Origin: Nitrosopumilus sp.
GTDB lineage: Archaea; Thermoproteota; Nitrososphaeria; Nitrososphaerales; Nitrosopumilaceae
NCBI GenBank assembly: GCA_965214775.1
Contig: OZ243974.1
Coordinates: 320,001 to 384,000, forward strand
DNA length: 64,000 bases
Direction of reading: 5' to 3'
Under the pieces are notes generated by a model, which was not told the DNA's origin, did not search any database, and saw only the letters and a program-made list of their open reading frames with translations. The position numbers were made by a program, and so were the translations under genes. Below are positions 10,254-19,992 of this stretch, piece after piece; position 1 is the stretch's first letter, and each line of letters begins with the position of its first letter.

Positions 10254-11771
10254 ATGAGAATCAGGCTAGAGTCATCATTGCCCAAAAGGAGAACAGAACT
10301 GCTCTGCGGGTTTGTTCTCGAAGGGAATGACAAAGTACTGGGATTGCCAAAATATGACTCCAAAACCGATGCCTCCACGTCATCATCATCATCGTCATCA
10401 TCAATTAGCCAGTCAATAAAAGACAATGGCGGAAAATTTGGGAATTTGACAGTAATTCCGATCTCAGGCAAAAATCCTGCTCGCCGGATTTTGCTTGCAG
10501 GGATTGGAAAGAAAGAAAAGATGACCAATGACACGATCAGGTGTGTTTCTGGAAAGATTGCCCTCAAAGCCAGGGAACTAAAACTAAATGAGCTCACGGT
10601 TGTGGCGCCTCCCAGTTTTGTCAGCAAAGTTTCCTCAAGCATCCCGCAGATTGTTGAGGGAGTAAAAATGTCGCTTTACAAGTTTGACAAATTCAAGGCA
10701 GAAAAAGAAGATGCCGCTCTTGCAAACCTTACAATTGTCAGTCCACGATCAGCCGGAGTCTCCTCCAAGGAGGCTGTCAAGTCATCGGAGATCATTGCAG
10801 ACGGCGCAGTTTTTGCCAAAAGCATAGCAAACCTTCCGCCAAATGAATGCAGTCCCTCAACCCTGGCAGGTTTTGCAAAAAAAATATCATCAAGCAAGAA
10901 AAACAAGATGAAATGCAAGATAATTTCAAAGTCCGAGCTAAAAAAGAAGGGTTTTGGCGGAATTGCAGCCGTTGGCCAGGGCAGCAAAAACGAGCCAAAA
11001 TTGATCATCATGGAGTATGAGCACGGTCCCAAAAACAGAAAGCCGATAGTCCTTGTTGGAAAGGCAATAACGTTTGACACGGGAGGAATCTCGCTCAAGC
11101 CGGGGGCAAACATGGACGAGATGAAGTTTGACAAATGCGGCGGATGCACGGTTTTAGGAATTATGAAAGCTGTCTCAGAATTGGGACTGCCAGTCAACCT
11201 GGTCGGAATCGTTCCATCTGCCGAAAACATGCCTGATGGAGAATCATACAGGCCGGGGGACATTATCAAATTGTACAGCGGCAAGACTGCCGAAATTTTG
11301 AATACAGATGCCGAAGGCAGGCTAATTCTTGCAGATGCGCTTGCATACGGGGAAAAACACTACTCTCCGCAGGCCATCATAGATTTTGCAACGCTGACAG
11401 GCGCCTGCATAGTCGCGTTGGGAACCAACGTTGCAGGAATGGTCTGCAGTGATGAGAAGCTTGCAGGAAAGATTTTTGATTCGTCAAAAAGGACGGCCGA
11501 GGAAGTCTGGCAGCTTCCATTAAACCAGGACTATATGGACATGATAAAATCAGACGTTGCAGACATGAAGAACATGGGAATTGGCAGGGCGGCAGGCACG
11601 ATTACTGCTGCGGCATTTTTAAGAAATGCAGTTGAAAAGACCCCATGGGCACATCTTGACATTGCCGGGGTTGCATGGACTCAGACTGCAACAAAAGAGA
11701 AACCGTACAATCCCAAAGGCGCAACCGGTTTTGGTGTTCGGCTGATTTTAGACTATTTGCAAAACTTGTAA
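10254..11771 (+). CDS. pepA: leucyl aminopeptidase (M17)
   Basis: VGKAITFDTGGISLK, MKFDKCG, NTDAEGRL, ATLTGA motifs; poly-Ser insert near the N-terminus; start probably 10254. Confidence 0.96.
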   Translation: MRIRLESSLPKRRTELLCGFVLEGNDKVLGLPKYDSKTDASTSSSSSSSSISQSIKDNGGKFGNLTVIPISGKNPARRILLAGIGKKEKMTNDTIRCVSGKIALKARELKLNELTVVAPPSFVSKVSSSIPQIVEGVKMSLYKFDKFKAEKEDAALANLTIVSPRSAGVSSKEAVKSSEIIADGAVFAKSIANLPPNECSPSTLAGFAKKISSSKKNKMKCKIISKSELKKKGFGGIAAVGQGSKNEPKLIIMEYEHGPKNRKPIVLVGKAITFDTGGISLKPGANMDEMKFDKCGGCTVLGIMKAVSELGLPVNLVGIVPSAENMPDGESYRPGDIIKLYSGKTAEILNTDAEGRLILADALAYGEKHYSPQAIIDFATLTGACIVALGTNVAGMVCSDEKLAGKIFDSSKRTAEEVWQLPLNQDYMDMIKSDVADMKNMGIGRAAGTITAAAFLRNAVEKTPWAHLDIAGVAWTQTATKEKPYNPKGATGFGVRLILDYLQNL

Positions 11772-11776
11772 CTGCC

Positions 11777-11908
11777 CTAGTATCCGCGACTGTTCCTGTC
11801 AGGCTTGCCGACGTTTGGGTTTCTCCATCCGTGTTTTTCCATCATGTGGTTCATTAGTCGAATGTCATCATCACACGTTTCCCCGCATACAGAGCAGTCT
11901 ACCACCAT
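11777..11908 (-). CDS. 43-aa C2H2 zinc-finger microprotein
   Basis: Read by hand: MVVDCSVCGETCDDDIRLMNHMMEKHGWRNPNVGKPDRNSRGY*, CxxC-x12-H-x4-H; AT-rich TATA-like element upstream. Confidence 0.75.
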   Translation of the reverse strand: MVVDCSVCGETCDDDIRLMNHMMEKHGWRNPNVGKPDRNSRGY

Positions 11909-11954
11909 GAAACGGCTTGAGGGATTCAATATTAATAGATTGGAACTTGGAAAA

Positions 11955-12069
11955 TGCCAGCACTGCTGCTTCCCAAGGGCTCTCGCATCTTAGTAACACA
12001 ACAGCGACGTCAGGTTTGACTTCCAAGTTCGGAAAGGGATTGGGTCGCACCCTAACGCTATGGCCGGCT
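11955..12069 (-). rRNA. rrf: 5S rRNA (stand-alone)
   Basis: Reverse complement gccggccatagcg...acccaatccctttccgaacttggaagtcaaac...tgcgagagcccttgggaa...gctggca has the 5S consensus and paired ends. Confidence 0.93.
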
Positions 12070-12134
12070 TGAAAGACAAGGCCAGAATCCCAATTATTAA
12101 CGTAGCGAAACCCCAGGTTCTTCTGTCAACTTAC

Positions 12135-12265
12135 GGGGCTGGCTGCGGCTCTTCTTCTCCGCATGTCAGCGGCCGGGGCTTTTGAGGCACTCTGCGCGAC
12201 GATGGTCTTCCACTTGCTGTCGCCTTTGACCCCGATTCCGGCCCTCAGCGCAGGCGCAGATACGG
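12135..12265 (-). pseudogene. C-terminal remnant of an archaeal DDE transposase/integrase
   Basis: Translates PALRAGIGVKGDSKWKTIVAQSA, resembling the PA..AGI...G..KW.T.IQNA tail of archaeal IS6/integrase-core proteins. Confidence 0.5.
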
Positions 12266-12319
12266 GACAGAGTTAGTCAAGTTGGCAGATTCGGATCATG
12301 CATGAAGAAGTTTACAAAA

Positions 12320-12565
12320 TCAGCTTAAAAAAAACCAAGCATACGGGATTACTTTTGCCTCAGATGGAATTTTGTTTGGCAGAAAGACTTTAAGGCCAAC
12401 CGCCTTTCCCTTTTTGTCAACGTCTATGAACTGGTCTTTTCCAAGAGACATCGCCTTTGCAACCCTGCCTTTTGTCATATGAAGACAAAGTGCTTTTGCC
12501 TCCTCGTCACATCTTACTGGAACCATGAATCTTTGGACTTCCTGCTCCTCTCCACCCATAGGCAA
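12320..12565 (-). CDS. DUF2283-like small protein (possibly degenerate)
   Basis: DEEAKALCL...DQFIDVDKKGKAVGLKV pattern. Confidence 0.6.
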   Translation of the reverse strand: MPMGGEEQEVQRFMVPVRCDEEAKALCLHMTKGRVAKAMSLGKDQFIDVDKKGKAVGLKVFLPNKIPSEAKVIPYAWFFLS

Positions 12566-12633
12566 TAACCGCCATCCTGCTTGTCATTAATGACACTGCA
12601 CGATTAGCAAATGCGGCTGCTCTAACCGGGGGG

Positions 12634-12933
12634 TCAGTTTCCATTTTTTTTGACTTTGGCAAAATGGACATCAAGTTCTTTGATTTTCTCTTTTAGCAAA
12701 GATTCTAGTTCATTTGAGACATCGCTATTGCAAGTAAAATCAAGATCTTCTGAAAATCTCGTATCTGGAAAATATTTTTTTTTGAGTGCGGTGCCTCCCT
12801 TAAACGCCATTTCGGATATTTTTGAAAATTCAGAAATCACAAACAGCAAGATGCTTGCAGGATAATCTTTTTGAATGGTTTCTGCAGATACCCCATACCT
12901 TCCTCCTAACGACCTTATTTCGTCTGCATCCAT
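12634..12933 (-). pseudogene. truncated AbiEii toxin (second copy)
   Basis: IQKDY, FKGGTAL, RFSEDLDF; only 99 aa remain. Confidence 0.85.
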
Positions 12934-12935
12934 TT

Positions 12936-13758
12936 CTAATACTCCATCCAGCCAAGCAATTCGTCCCTTGTTCTGTCAAGTATCAGTCCGTATTCTTTTG
13001 AATATGCAATTCTTGTTTTTGCAGTAGTGGGATCAAGAAAACTGTAGGGATATCCAGTTGTCTCTTTTCTTATTTTCTCAGACAGATTTTTTTCCACATT
13101 AAGAATGGTAAGCAGGTAGTCCAATCGACGCAACACGACATTAATTCTAATTTTTTTGGTCAGTTGGTAAACTTCATTCCAGTCGGCTTCTTTCCGTATG
13201 TTCCACATCGCTTTTGTTACTTCTACTATCCCGCCACAATATTCCGGATGAGTTAGTCCATCAACAATTGTCTTTTCTTTTGAAGAAATGCTAAAATGAC
13301 TGTTTTTTCCTATTTTGTGTTCGATGTATCCAAGAAACTTCTTTTTTGATATGACGACAAACTGGAATTTTTGATTTCCAAATTTTATGATGCGGTTTTT
13401 CTTTCGTTTTGGCGTGGCGGCAAACCGTGTAGGGTATCTGTTCTGTCATGTCCCAAAAATTCATCGCAGTCCAGAATCCGACGTAATGCTCATCAATTAG
13501 CTGGGGTACAATTAGCCAGGGATCCTCAGACCAGTATCCCTCAGGACCGGCTCTTGCAGGGATAAGGAGGTATCTTCCCTTTTCAATTTCTTGCAGTCTC
13601 TTCTTTTTTTTCAATCCTCCAACTACATTCCAAACAGCAGAATCTGTTCCTTCAAGAATATTTCTTGCATCATCAAATGTAAAGACACTCATTTTCTTCG
13701 TTTCCAGACTGAACAGCAGTTTTGTTTCCTGTGGCCCCAACCGTATATTTTGTGCCAC
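12936..13758 (-). pseudogene. frameshifted AbiEi antitoxin (second copy)
   Basis: LKKKKRLQEIEKGRYL, YVGFWTAM..W.MTEQIP, then PEYCGG and RRLDYL in other frames. Confidence 0.85.
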
Positions 13759-13917
13759 CTTTCTCTCCTCTAAAGAGAGAAAAGTTACATAAAATATACG
13801 GTTTGAGGCAAATGCTCCCACATAAGGGCAATGAGCGTGTCCTGTCCTGTCCTGAGGCAAGGGAGACGCTGGAAAAGTACAAAGGCGAGATCACAAGGGC
13901 AATGAGCGTGTCCTGTC

Positions 13918-14088
13918 CTGAAAGTTGATTCAAAGTTGGCAGATTTGGATCATGTGCAATAAGCGAATTTACATGGAATAATCGATCAAGATGCCTGCAA
14001 ATGAAAAGTCATCCGTATGCAAAATTACCTGGCAAATGTGCAAAAGAATCCGGTCATCTGCAGTTTCTAATTTCGGATCCTCTCTCAG
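13918..14088. mobile_element. MITE family A copy (longer, degenerate)
   Basis: Ends ctgaaagttgattc / ctaatttcggatcctctctcag match 17790-17930 and 51531-51673. Confidence 0.75.
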
Positions 14089-14157
14089 TGACCGGATCCA
14101 CATATGCCGCATCTCCTAGATCACATAAATTCAGGTATGGTACCATACAGAGATATC

Positions 14158-14874
14158 ATGGTGGATCTGTTTGTGGACATCGAGACGGCGCCAAGCTTCA
14201 CTGCCGAGGAATACTTTGAGCTAAAGCGACGGGTCGACTCGGGAAGCCTGTCCAGGGATTCAGATGACAAGAAGCTGTACTGGAAGCTCGTGCGTGGCGG
14301 ACTGACACCGTTTGATGGCAAGGTCATCCTAATAACGTACAGGATCAACAACGCGCATACATTCAGGCTAAAGGAGTGGGAGTCCGGAGAAAAGGAGATA
14401 CTGCAAAAGTTCTACAACACGATAGGGGATCTTCTGAGAGGATCGCCCGAGGACAGGCTCAGGATAATCGGGCACAACATCCTGGGGTTTGACCTGTTCT
14501 TCCTGTACAACAGGATGCTCCATCACGGCATTGCAGAGGAAGGATGGCTGTACCAGAAGATCATAAACAGGCCCGAGGTCGTGGATCTGCTCCAGCTGCA
14601 CCTGCCGCTCAACGATTGCCAGATCAAGGGGCTCAAGCACGACGTCCTGGCCCACGCCTACGGCTTTCCGGTAAAGTCTACGCTGGGCTCCGGGGAGATA
14701 CCCCACTACTTTGCAAAGGAGTACGACAGGATAATCGAGTACTCAGAGCGCGAGTTCATCTACCCCGAACTCTTTGCAAAGATACGGTCCGGGGGCCTGG
14801 TATCCAGGGAGAGGCTGCAAGAGTCAATCAGGCATTACAACAAAATCCACGAGGGGGATTCCAGGAAGTCATAA
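14158..14874 (+). CDS. RNase H-like / PolB-type 3'-5' exonuclease domain protein (stand-alone)
   Basis: FVDIET (ExoI), IGHNILGFDL (ExoII), C-terminal IIEYSERE (ExoIII-like). Confidence 0.75.
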   Translation: MVDLFVDIETAPSFTAEEYFELKRRVDSGSLSRDSDDKKLYWKLVRGGLTPFDGKVILITYRINNAHTFRLKEWESGEKEILQKFYNTIGDLLRGSPEDRLRIIGHNILGFDLFFLYNRMLHHGIAEEGWLYQKIINRPEVVDLLQLHLPLNDCQIKGLKHDVLAHAYGFPVKSTLGSGEIPHYFAKEYDRIIEYSEREFIYPELFAKIRSGGLVSRERLQESIRHYNKIHEGDSRKS

Positions 14875-14960
14875 GCGCACCCGGCAAATCCTCCAGAGAG
14901 TTGATTCGAGATTAGCAAACTCTGATCAAATGGCACAATGTATACCAACCTGATCCAAAT

Positions 14961-15083
14961 CAGTACTTCCTAGGTGTGTTTTTGCAGACCCGGCACTGCA
15001 TAGCCGCTAATTTCGTTTACGCATAAGGTCTTCTCCAAATTACGTAATTACCGTGCCTGTAAAAGTACACTTGGGAAGTACTG
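14961..15083. mobile_element. MITE family E copy 1 (123 bp)
   Basis: TIR cagtacttcc / ggaagtactg, flanking aaat duplication; inverted copy at 19343-19465. Confidence 0.85.
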
Positions 15084-15245
15084 AAATGCAGACAAAATGT
15101 ACATAATTCATGAAGTTATTTGACAAAATAACAGGTTAGTCCCTGCCTAGGCAGCAATCAGGCACGAATCTGCTTGCAGTTGTGATTTTCATTCCTGGCC
15201 GGCAAGGGATGCAGCTCCAACTCTAGTCAGGGGCTAACCTGTTAC

Positions 15246-15410
15246 GTATGAGTTTACCCCTCAGGCAACAAGTACGAGTTTATCCCTTAGGCGTCACTGC
15301 TGTCTGGAACCTTCATGATCACGCCTGACCCGCCGTATCTCAGGTGAGGGATAAACTCTTACAGGCAACAAGGCTGGCTGAGACCTTCATAATCGTGCCA
15401 GCCACCCTTC
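15246..15410. mobile_element. MITE family C copy (15272-15362) inserted into another family C copy
   Basis: TIR gtacgagtttatccct / agggataaactcttac; 9-bp TSD aggcaacaa (15263-15271 / 15363-15371). Confidence 0.88.
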
Positions 15411-15478
15411 CATCCAATTGCACAGGAAAAACCCATGAAAATTAGAAATTCTTATAAAATTCCTGGGTAAATCTAATC

Positions 15479-16360
15479 ATGGTATCAATAGTAAAAAGAA
15501 GGAGGGGAAAGACGTCCTTTTACTACCTGTATCATGACAACAAAAGAGGCGACAGGAGACAGTTTGAAAGGTACCTAGGGAGAAAAATCCCAGAGGACAT
15601 AGAGGAACAAAAAAAAGAGTTTCAACTAGAGATAGAAAGAGAGCAATGGAGGCCAAGGCTGGAAAGAATCCGGGCAAACCATAGAAAGAAACACGAAAGG
15701 ATGCCAAGGGAGGCAAGGGAAAAAAACCTCAAGGCCTTTGCAGTGGTCTTTACATACAATACCCAGAGAATCGAGGGATCAACCTTGACGCTGAGGGAGA
15801 CGGCACTCCTACTAGAGGACGGGCTGACTCCGGCCCACAGGCCCAAGGAGGATGTCAGGGAGGCAGAGAACCATGAAAAATTGTTTTTTGAAATGGTCAA
15901 GACAGCAAGAGAATTAACACTAAAGATAGTACTAGAGTGGAACAAAAAACTACTCAAGGATACCAAGCCTGGATTTGCCGGTAAGTTGAGGACGTGGGAC
16001 GTGCAGATTACTAGGAGCAGATTCCACCCGCCGCCTTACACGCAGATTCCGCTAGAGATTGGGAATTTCTTTGCATGGTACAAGAAAAACAAAAAAGTCT
16101 TACATCCAGTGGAGCTGGCTGCACTGGTGCATCTGAAATTTGTGACTATACATCCGTTTGGCGACGGGAATGGAAGGATATCGAGAATCATGATGAACCA
16201 TGTACTAAAGCAGTTCGGATTTCCAATGCTGGACATAGACTACAGGGACAGGAGCTCATACTATAACGCATTGGAGAGATCACAGACCACCAATAATGAA
16301 GTGTGGTTTTTGAAATGGTTTATGAGAAGATACCTCAAAGCGCACAGCAGGCTTTTGTAA
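15479..16360 (+). CDS. Fic-domain protein (copy 1)
   Basis: TYNTQRIEGSTL helix and canonical HPFGDGNGRISR motif. Confidence 0.93.
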   Translation: MVSIVKRRRGKTSFYYLYHDNKRGDRRQFERYLGRKIPEDIEEQKKEFQLEIEREQWRPRLERIRANHRKKHERMPREAREKNLKAFAVVFTYNTQRIEGSTLTLRETALLLEDGLTPAHRPKEDVREAENHEKLFFEMVKTARELTLKIVLEWNKKLLKDTKPGFAGKLRTWDVQITRSRFHPPPYTQIPLEIGNFFAWYKKNKKVLHPVELAALVHLKFVTIHPFGDGNGRISRIMMNHVLKQFGFPMLDIDYRDRSSYYNALERSQTTNNEVWFLKWFMRRYLKAHSRLL

Positions 16361-16438
16361 CAAGCAAATGACTGCTGCATGAAAATACTGCAATGCGTTT
16401 TTTTGATTTTACCGGCATGCTGGTACAAATCAAGAGTC

Positions 16439-16680
16439 GTAAGAGTTTACCCCTCAGGCGACGTTTCCAGTCAGGGTCTTGGCGACCATCTCACTCACGT
16501 TGTAACCTTGGGTGTGCCAGTTCATCGTACACGTCATCAGTACGGTGAACATCTCCATGCCCTCCATGGTACGGAGTCCCCGGAATATCTTGCACGCAAT
16601 TACGGACGGCCTCAGTATGCGCTCGGCCATGTTGTTGGTGGGCTCCATGCCCGGATACAGCACGAACGTGTACAGGTATT
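16439..16680 (-). mobile_element. IS66 3'-end remnant (transposase C-terminus + TIR)
   Basis: YLYTFV..PGMEPTNNMAERILRPSVI..KI motif; TIR gtaagagtttacccct is the same as the family C MITE end. Confidence 0.85.
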
Positions 16681-17040
16681 CTGAGAGGTGATCCGAAATT
16701 AGAAATATAGCGCCCCGTCCGCAGTTGTTCTGCTGCCGCCACTCATTAGGCCGCAGTGACGATTCTGGCCGGCGCCCTATCGTTGACCAGTCCGCACACG
16801 ATACTGTTGGCAAGGTCGTACTTTTTGAGTGGGTTTCGGTACCTGCAGCCCATGATCCTGTATGTTTTGATCCTGCGTATGGTGTTCTCCACGTATGCGC
16901 GTATCTTTGAGTGCGTGATATTGTACTCTTTTTGTGTGTCGGTGAGCTTGCCGCCCGGTTTTTTCTTGATTGGGAGTATGACGTACGTGCCTGTACCCAC
17001 CGACTGTGCTCCCTGGTATCCGCGGTCCATGTAGTGACGC
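16681..17040 (-). mobile_element. IS5-family (ISL2-group, DDE_Tnp_4) 3'-end remnant
   Basis: DRGYQG, P.KK..GG.LT..QK.YN...SK.R..VEN.I.RIK; TIR ctgagaggtgatccgaaattagaaa identical to the family A MITE end. Confidence 0.85.
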
Positions 17041-17132
17041 GTACGAGTTTACCCCTCAAGCGACAAGGCCGGTCGGGACATTCATGATCGTGCCTACCAC
17101 ACCGTATTCCTCGAGATAGGGTAAACTCTTAC
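17041..17132. mobile_element. MITE family C copy
   Basis: gtacgagtttacccct ... agggtaaactcttac, 92 bp. Confidence 0.85.
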
Positions 17133-17202
17133 GGCAAAGAAATAGTTGATAAAATAGATCATGGGATTTTTCGAAGTGTTTAAATACACTTTTTAGAAAA
17201 AA

Positions 17203-17400
17203 ATGCACATGTTAGAATCGAATAATTTACGGTGCGCAATACAGCAACTAGTATTTACCAAAGAACAGGTGACAGAGCAGCAACAATTCGAAGAGCAACT
17301 AAAAAACGGAACGGCAGATATTGTTTTTGAGGGATCTGTTTTAGAGGCAAAAGCTTACTTGAATGGATTAAAAGAACTTGTGGACACTCATCTACACTAA
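17203..17400 (+). CDS. small protein, candidate antitoxin
   Basis: 65 aa, AT-rich, overlaps the downstream RelE-like ORF. Confidence 0.45.
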   Translation: MHMLESNNLRCAIQQLVFTKEQVTEQQQFEEQLKNGTADIVFEGSVLEAKAYLNGLKELVDTHLH

Positions 17401-17653
17401 AAAATTCCTGCTTCAATTTTTGAAGTTAGAGAGACGTGCAAAGGATTTCGTAGAAGATTGGATAGATTACATACTCAATAATGCAGATATTACCAAGGAG
17501 TTTGAGTATGATATTATTGACGAGTACGATGGTTCAGTAGAAACAATGCAAATGCCAGTAAATTATCTCATTAAAGAAGATGAAGAGAAAGTATACATCA
17601 TATCTTTAAACACAAAAGGTCTAGAACAACATAGATCTCACAGACAATTCTAG
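17378..17653 (+). CDS. RelE/ParE-like protein
   Basis: WTLIYTKKF...LKL N-terminus and Y.I.EDEEKVYIISL C-terminus fit the RelE fold pattern. Confidence 0.5.
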   Translation: MWTLIYTKKFLLQFLKLERRAKDFVEDWIDYILNNADITKEFEYDIIDEYDGSVETMQMPVNYLIKEDEEKVYIISLNTKGLEQHRSHRQF

Positions 17654-17789
17654 AATTCAAATCCATCAAAGATGATTTTGCAATGATTATTTTTTAATTG
17701 TCGGCATAACGTTCTGCATAATCCAAAAAGTAGTTCACCCCTTCTACGATTGTGTACAGTCAGGAGCAGGTGTGTGAGTCTGACCCACA

Positions 17790-17930
17790 CTGAGAGGTGA
17801 TCCGAAATTAGAAACCGTGCGAATTTTTCAAGTGATTTCGCAGATAGTTTGCATTTTGTTGGTATTTTGAGCTGTTTCGTGCAAATTCGTTCACAAATAA
17901 TCAGTCTGCTAATTTCGAATCAACTCTCAG
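17790..17930. mobile_element. MITE family A copy (141 bp)
   Basis: TIR ctgagaggtgatccgaaattag / ctaatttcgaatcaactctcag. Confidence 0.9.
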
Positions 17931-18184
17931 GCCCAGACTACCACCGACGACTAGGACGATACCATGGGAATGACGTTCGTGCCGCGCTCGGAGGGACAAA
18001 AGCGACTCAGGATCGAGGTCGACGTCTAGAACCGGCCCACGGCAGACGCGGTGCCTGAGGCAAAGACGTTCAGATGGCCGGCTTGCGGCAGAATGTCAAA
18101 ACTTCCCAAATGTCCCCGCGATATTGCCCAGTACGTTTAACATATATTCAATAAATTTATTAATTTGCACTGGGCAATACATCT

Positions 18185-19063
18185 GTGGTATCGATAGTAA
18201 AGCGAAAGCGAAACAACAAAACATTTTACTACCTTCAGCACAAAATACGAAGTCAGAAAAGACAGAGGGAGATCTACCTGGGCAAGGAGATCCCAGACGA
18301 CATTGAACAAATAAAGTATGATTTCCTGCTAGAGTTCTACAGGTATGACTGGATCTCCAAGCTGGAACAAATCCAGAAAAACTACAAAAAAACAAGGGCT
18401 AGGACTCCAGAGTCCGCACGAAAAAAAGAGACAGAGGAATTCTCCATCAGATTCACCTATAACACTCAAAAGATAGAGGGCTCCACCCTGACCCTGCGAG
18501 AGACTGCGGATCTCATACTGGACGGGATAACCCCGTCAAGCAAGCCTGCAAGCGACATGACTGAAACTAGGATGCACCAGAAGCTGTTTTTGCAGATCAT
18601 GCACAAAAAGCAGGATCTGTCGCTGAGAACTGTTCTGTCGTGGCACAAGTCGCTCTTTGGCGAAACAAAGCCCGACATTGCAGGCAGCGTCCGTGATTTT
18701 GATGTGCGCATAGGCGGAAGCAGGTTCATCCCACCCAAATCAGAGGCAGTCCCCATTCTACTGAAGGGCTTCTTTGCCTGGTACAGGCAAAGCCAAGGGA
18801 AGCTAAATCCTGCTGAGCTGGCCGCCCTAGTCCACCTGAAGTTCGTAACAATACATCCGTTTGGTGACGGAAACGGCAGGATATCAAGGCTTATGATGAA
18901 CCATGTCCTGAATCGATTTGACTATCCGATGCTTGACATAGAGTATGCAGACCGGAGGTCGTATTATACGGCGCTTGAGAGATCAAGTGCAAGAAATAGC
19001 GACATTGTGTTTTTGCAGTGGTTCATGAAGAGATACATCAAGACATTTAGTGATTTTCTTTGA
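18185..19063 (+). CDS. Fic-domain protein (copy 2)
   Basis: HPFGDGNGRISR; colinear paralog of 15479-16360 (both begin MVSIVKR). Confidence 0.93.
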   Translation: MVSIVKRKRNNKTFYYLQHKIRSQKRQREIYLGKEIPDDIEQIKYDFLLEFYRYDWISKLEQIQKNYKKTRARTPESARKKETEEFSIRFTYNTQKIEGSTLTLRETADLILDGITPSSKPASDMTETRMHQKLFLQIMHKKQDLSLRTVLSWHKSLFGETKPDIAGSVRDFDVRIGGSRFIPPKSEAVPILLKGFFAWYRQSQGKLNPAELAALVHLKFVTIHPFGDGNGRISRLMMNHVLNRFDYPMLDIEYADRRSYYTALERSSARNSDIVFLQWFMKRYIKTFSDFL

Positions 19064-19104
19064 CGGGATACTGCACTCTGGCGTGGGATGCAAAAGGAGG
19101 ACTG

Positions 19105-19215
19105 GTAACTGATCGGGCTCTGGAAGCTATTCCTGATTTTAGGCACAAATTCTGTTTGAACGGCCCTTTTTGGTGGCAAAATTCGTGCCTGATCTTCCAG
19201 AGCCCGAGCTGCTAC
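19105..19215. mobile_element. MITE family D copy (111 bp, GTA...TAC ends)
   Basis: TIR gtaac..tcgggctctggaag / cttccagagcccga..tgctac; copies at 20704 and 31174. Confidence 0.85.
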
Positions 19216-19342
19216 GATTTAAGACGCATATTTGATGACAAATGATTGTAAAAATTAAAAAATTCCAAACACTAGACAATTCTTTTTTAAAATCCATGGC
19301 AACGCGTGTAAATCCACATCCTTTACCTGGAGGAGTAGACTT

Positions 19343-19465
19343 TAGTACTTCCCAGGTGTACTTTTACAGGCATGGTAACTATGTAATTTGCAGAAGACCT
19401 TATGCGTAAACGAAATTAGCGGCTATGCCGTGCCGGGTCTGCAAAAGCACACATAGGAAATACTG
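19343..19465. mobile_element. MITE family E copy 2 (inverted)
   Basis: Reverse complement of 14961-15083 with scattered substitutions. Confidence 0.85.
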
Positions 19466-19544
19466 GCTTGATGGTTGAGCTGCGCAGTCTGCTAAAGAAC
19501 TATGCCGGAAGCCTAGCCTAACGCAGATATGATTGATCCGGATT

Positions 19545-19955
19545 CTATCCAAAGCAGTCTGTATCTTTCATGTTGTTAGAACCTACGGGATATTCAGCAA
19601 AGGTTTCAAGTGTTGCAAGATCCTTACATACCAATTTTGGACCCACGTGGCCTCCAAATATCGTTACCTCCAGCTGGGCAATGTGTGGAGGCTCTTCAAC
19701 GGCAGCTGACCAAACAATAACATGACTGTTTAGTAAACCGTCAGTGACTGTTACCGGCTCCCTAGTATGGTCGGGATATTTTTCCTTGTAGTTCTGAACC
19801 AACCCAGTTTCCTCTAACATGTTTTTCCATTGCTTGCCACTCAAATCTGCAATGCCTGCAAAATGCAAGCCGGCCTCATACATGCCAAAATAAGAAATCA
19901 CTAAAATTCCCACGACAACGGATGCAATTATGACGATCTTTCTGTTTTTAGTCAT
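19545..19955 (-). CDS. N-terminally membrane-anchored hypothetical protein
   Basis: Basic N-terminus, hydrophobic helix, two C-terminal Cys. Confidence 0.65.
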   Translation of the reverse strand: MTKNRKIVIIASVVVGILVISYFGMYEAGLHFAGIADLSGKQWKNMLEETGLVQNYKEKYPDHTREPVTVTDGLLNSHVIVWSAAVEEPPHIAQLEVTIFGGHVGPKLVCKDLATLETFAEYPVGSNNMKDTDCFG

Positions 19956-19992
19956 GTGGGATCCAAAAAGCAGTTCGTCCCCCCCCCCCTTT

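Noticed and set aside
16454-17059. 201-aa ORF as one gene
   Set aside because: Chimeric read-through across the ISL2 remnant and its TIR into an IS66 C-terminus
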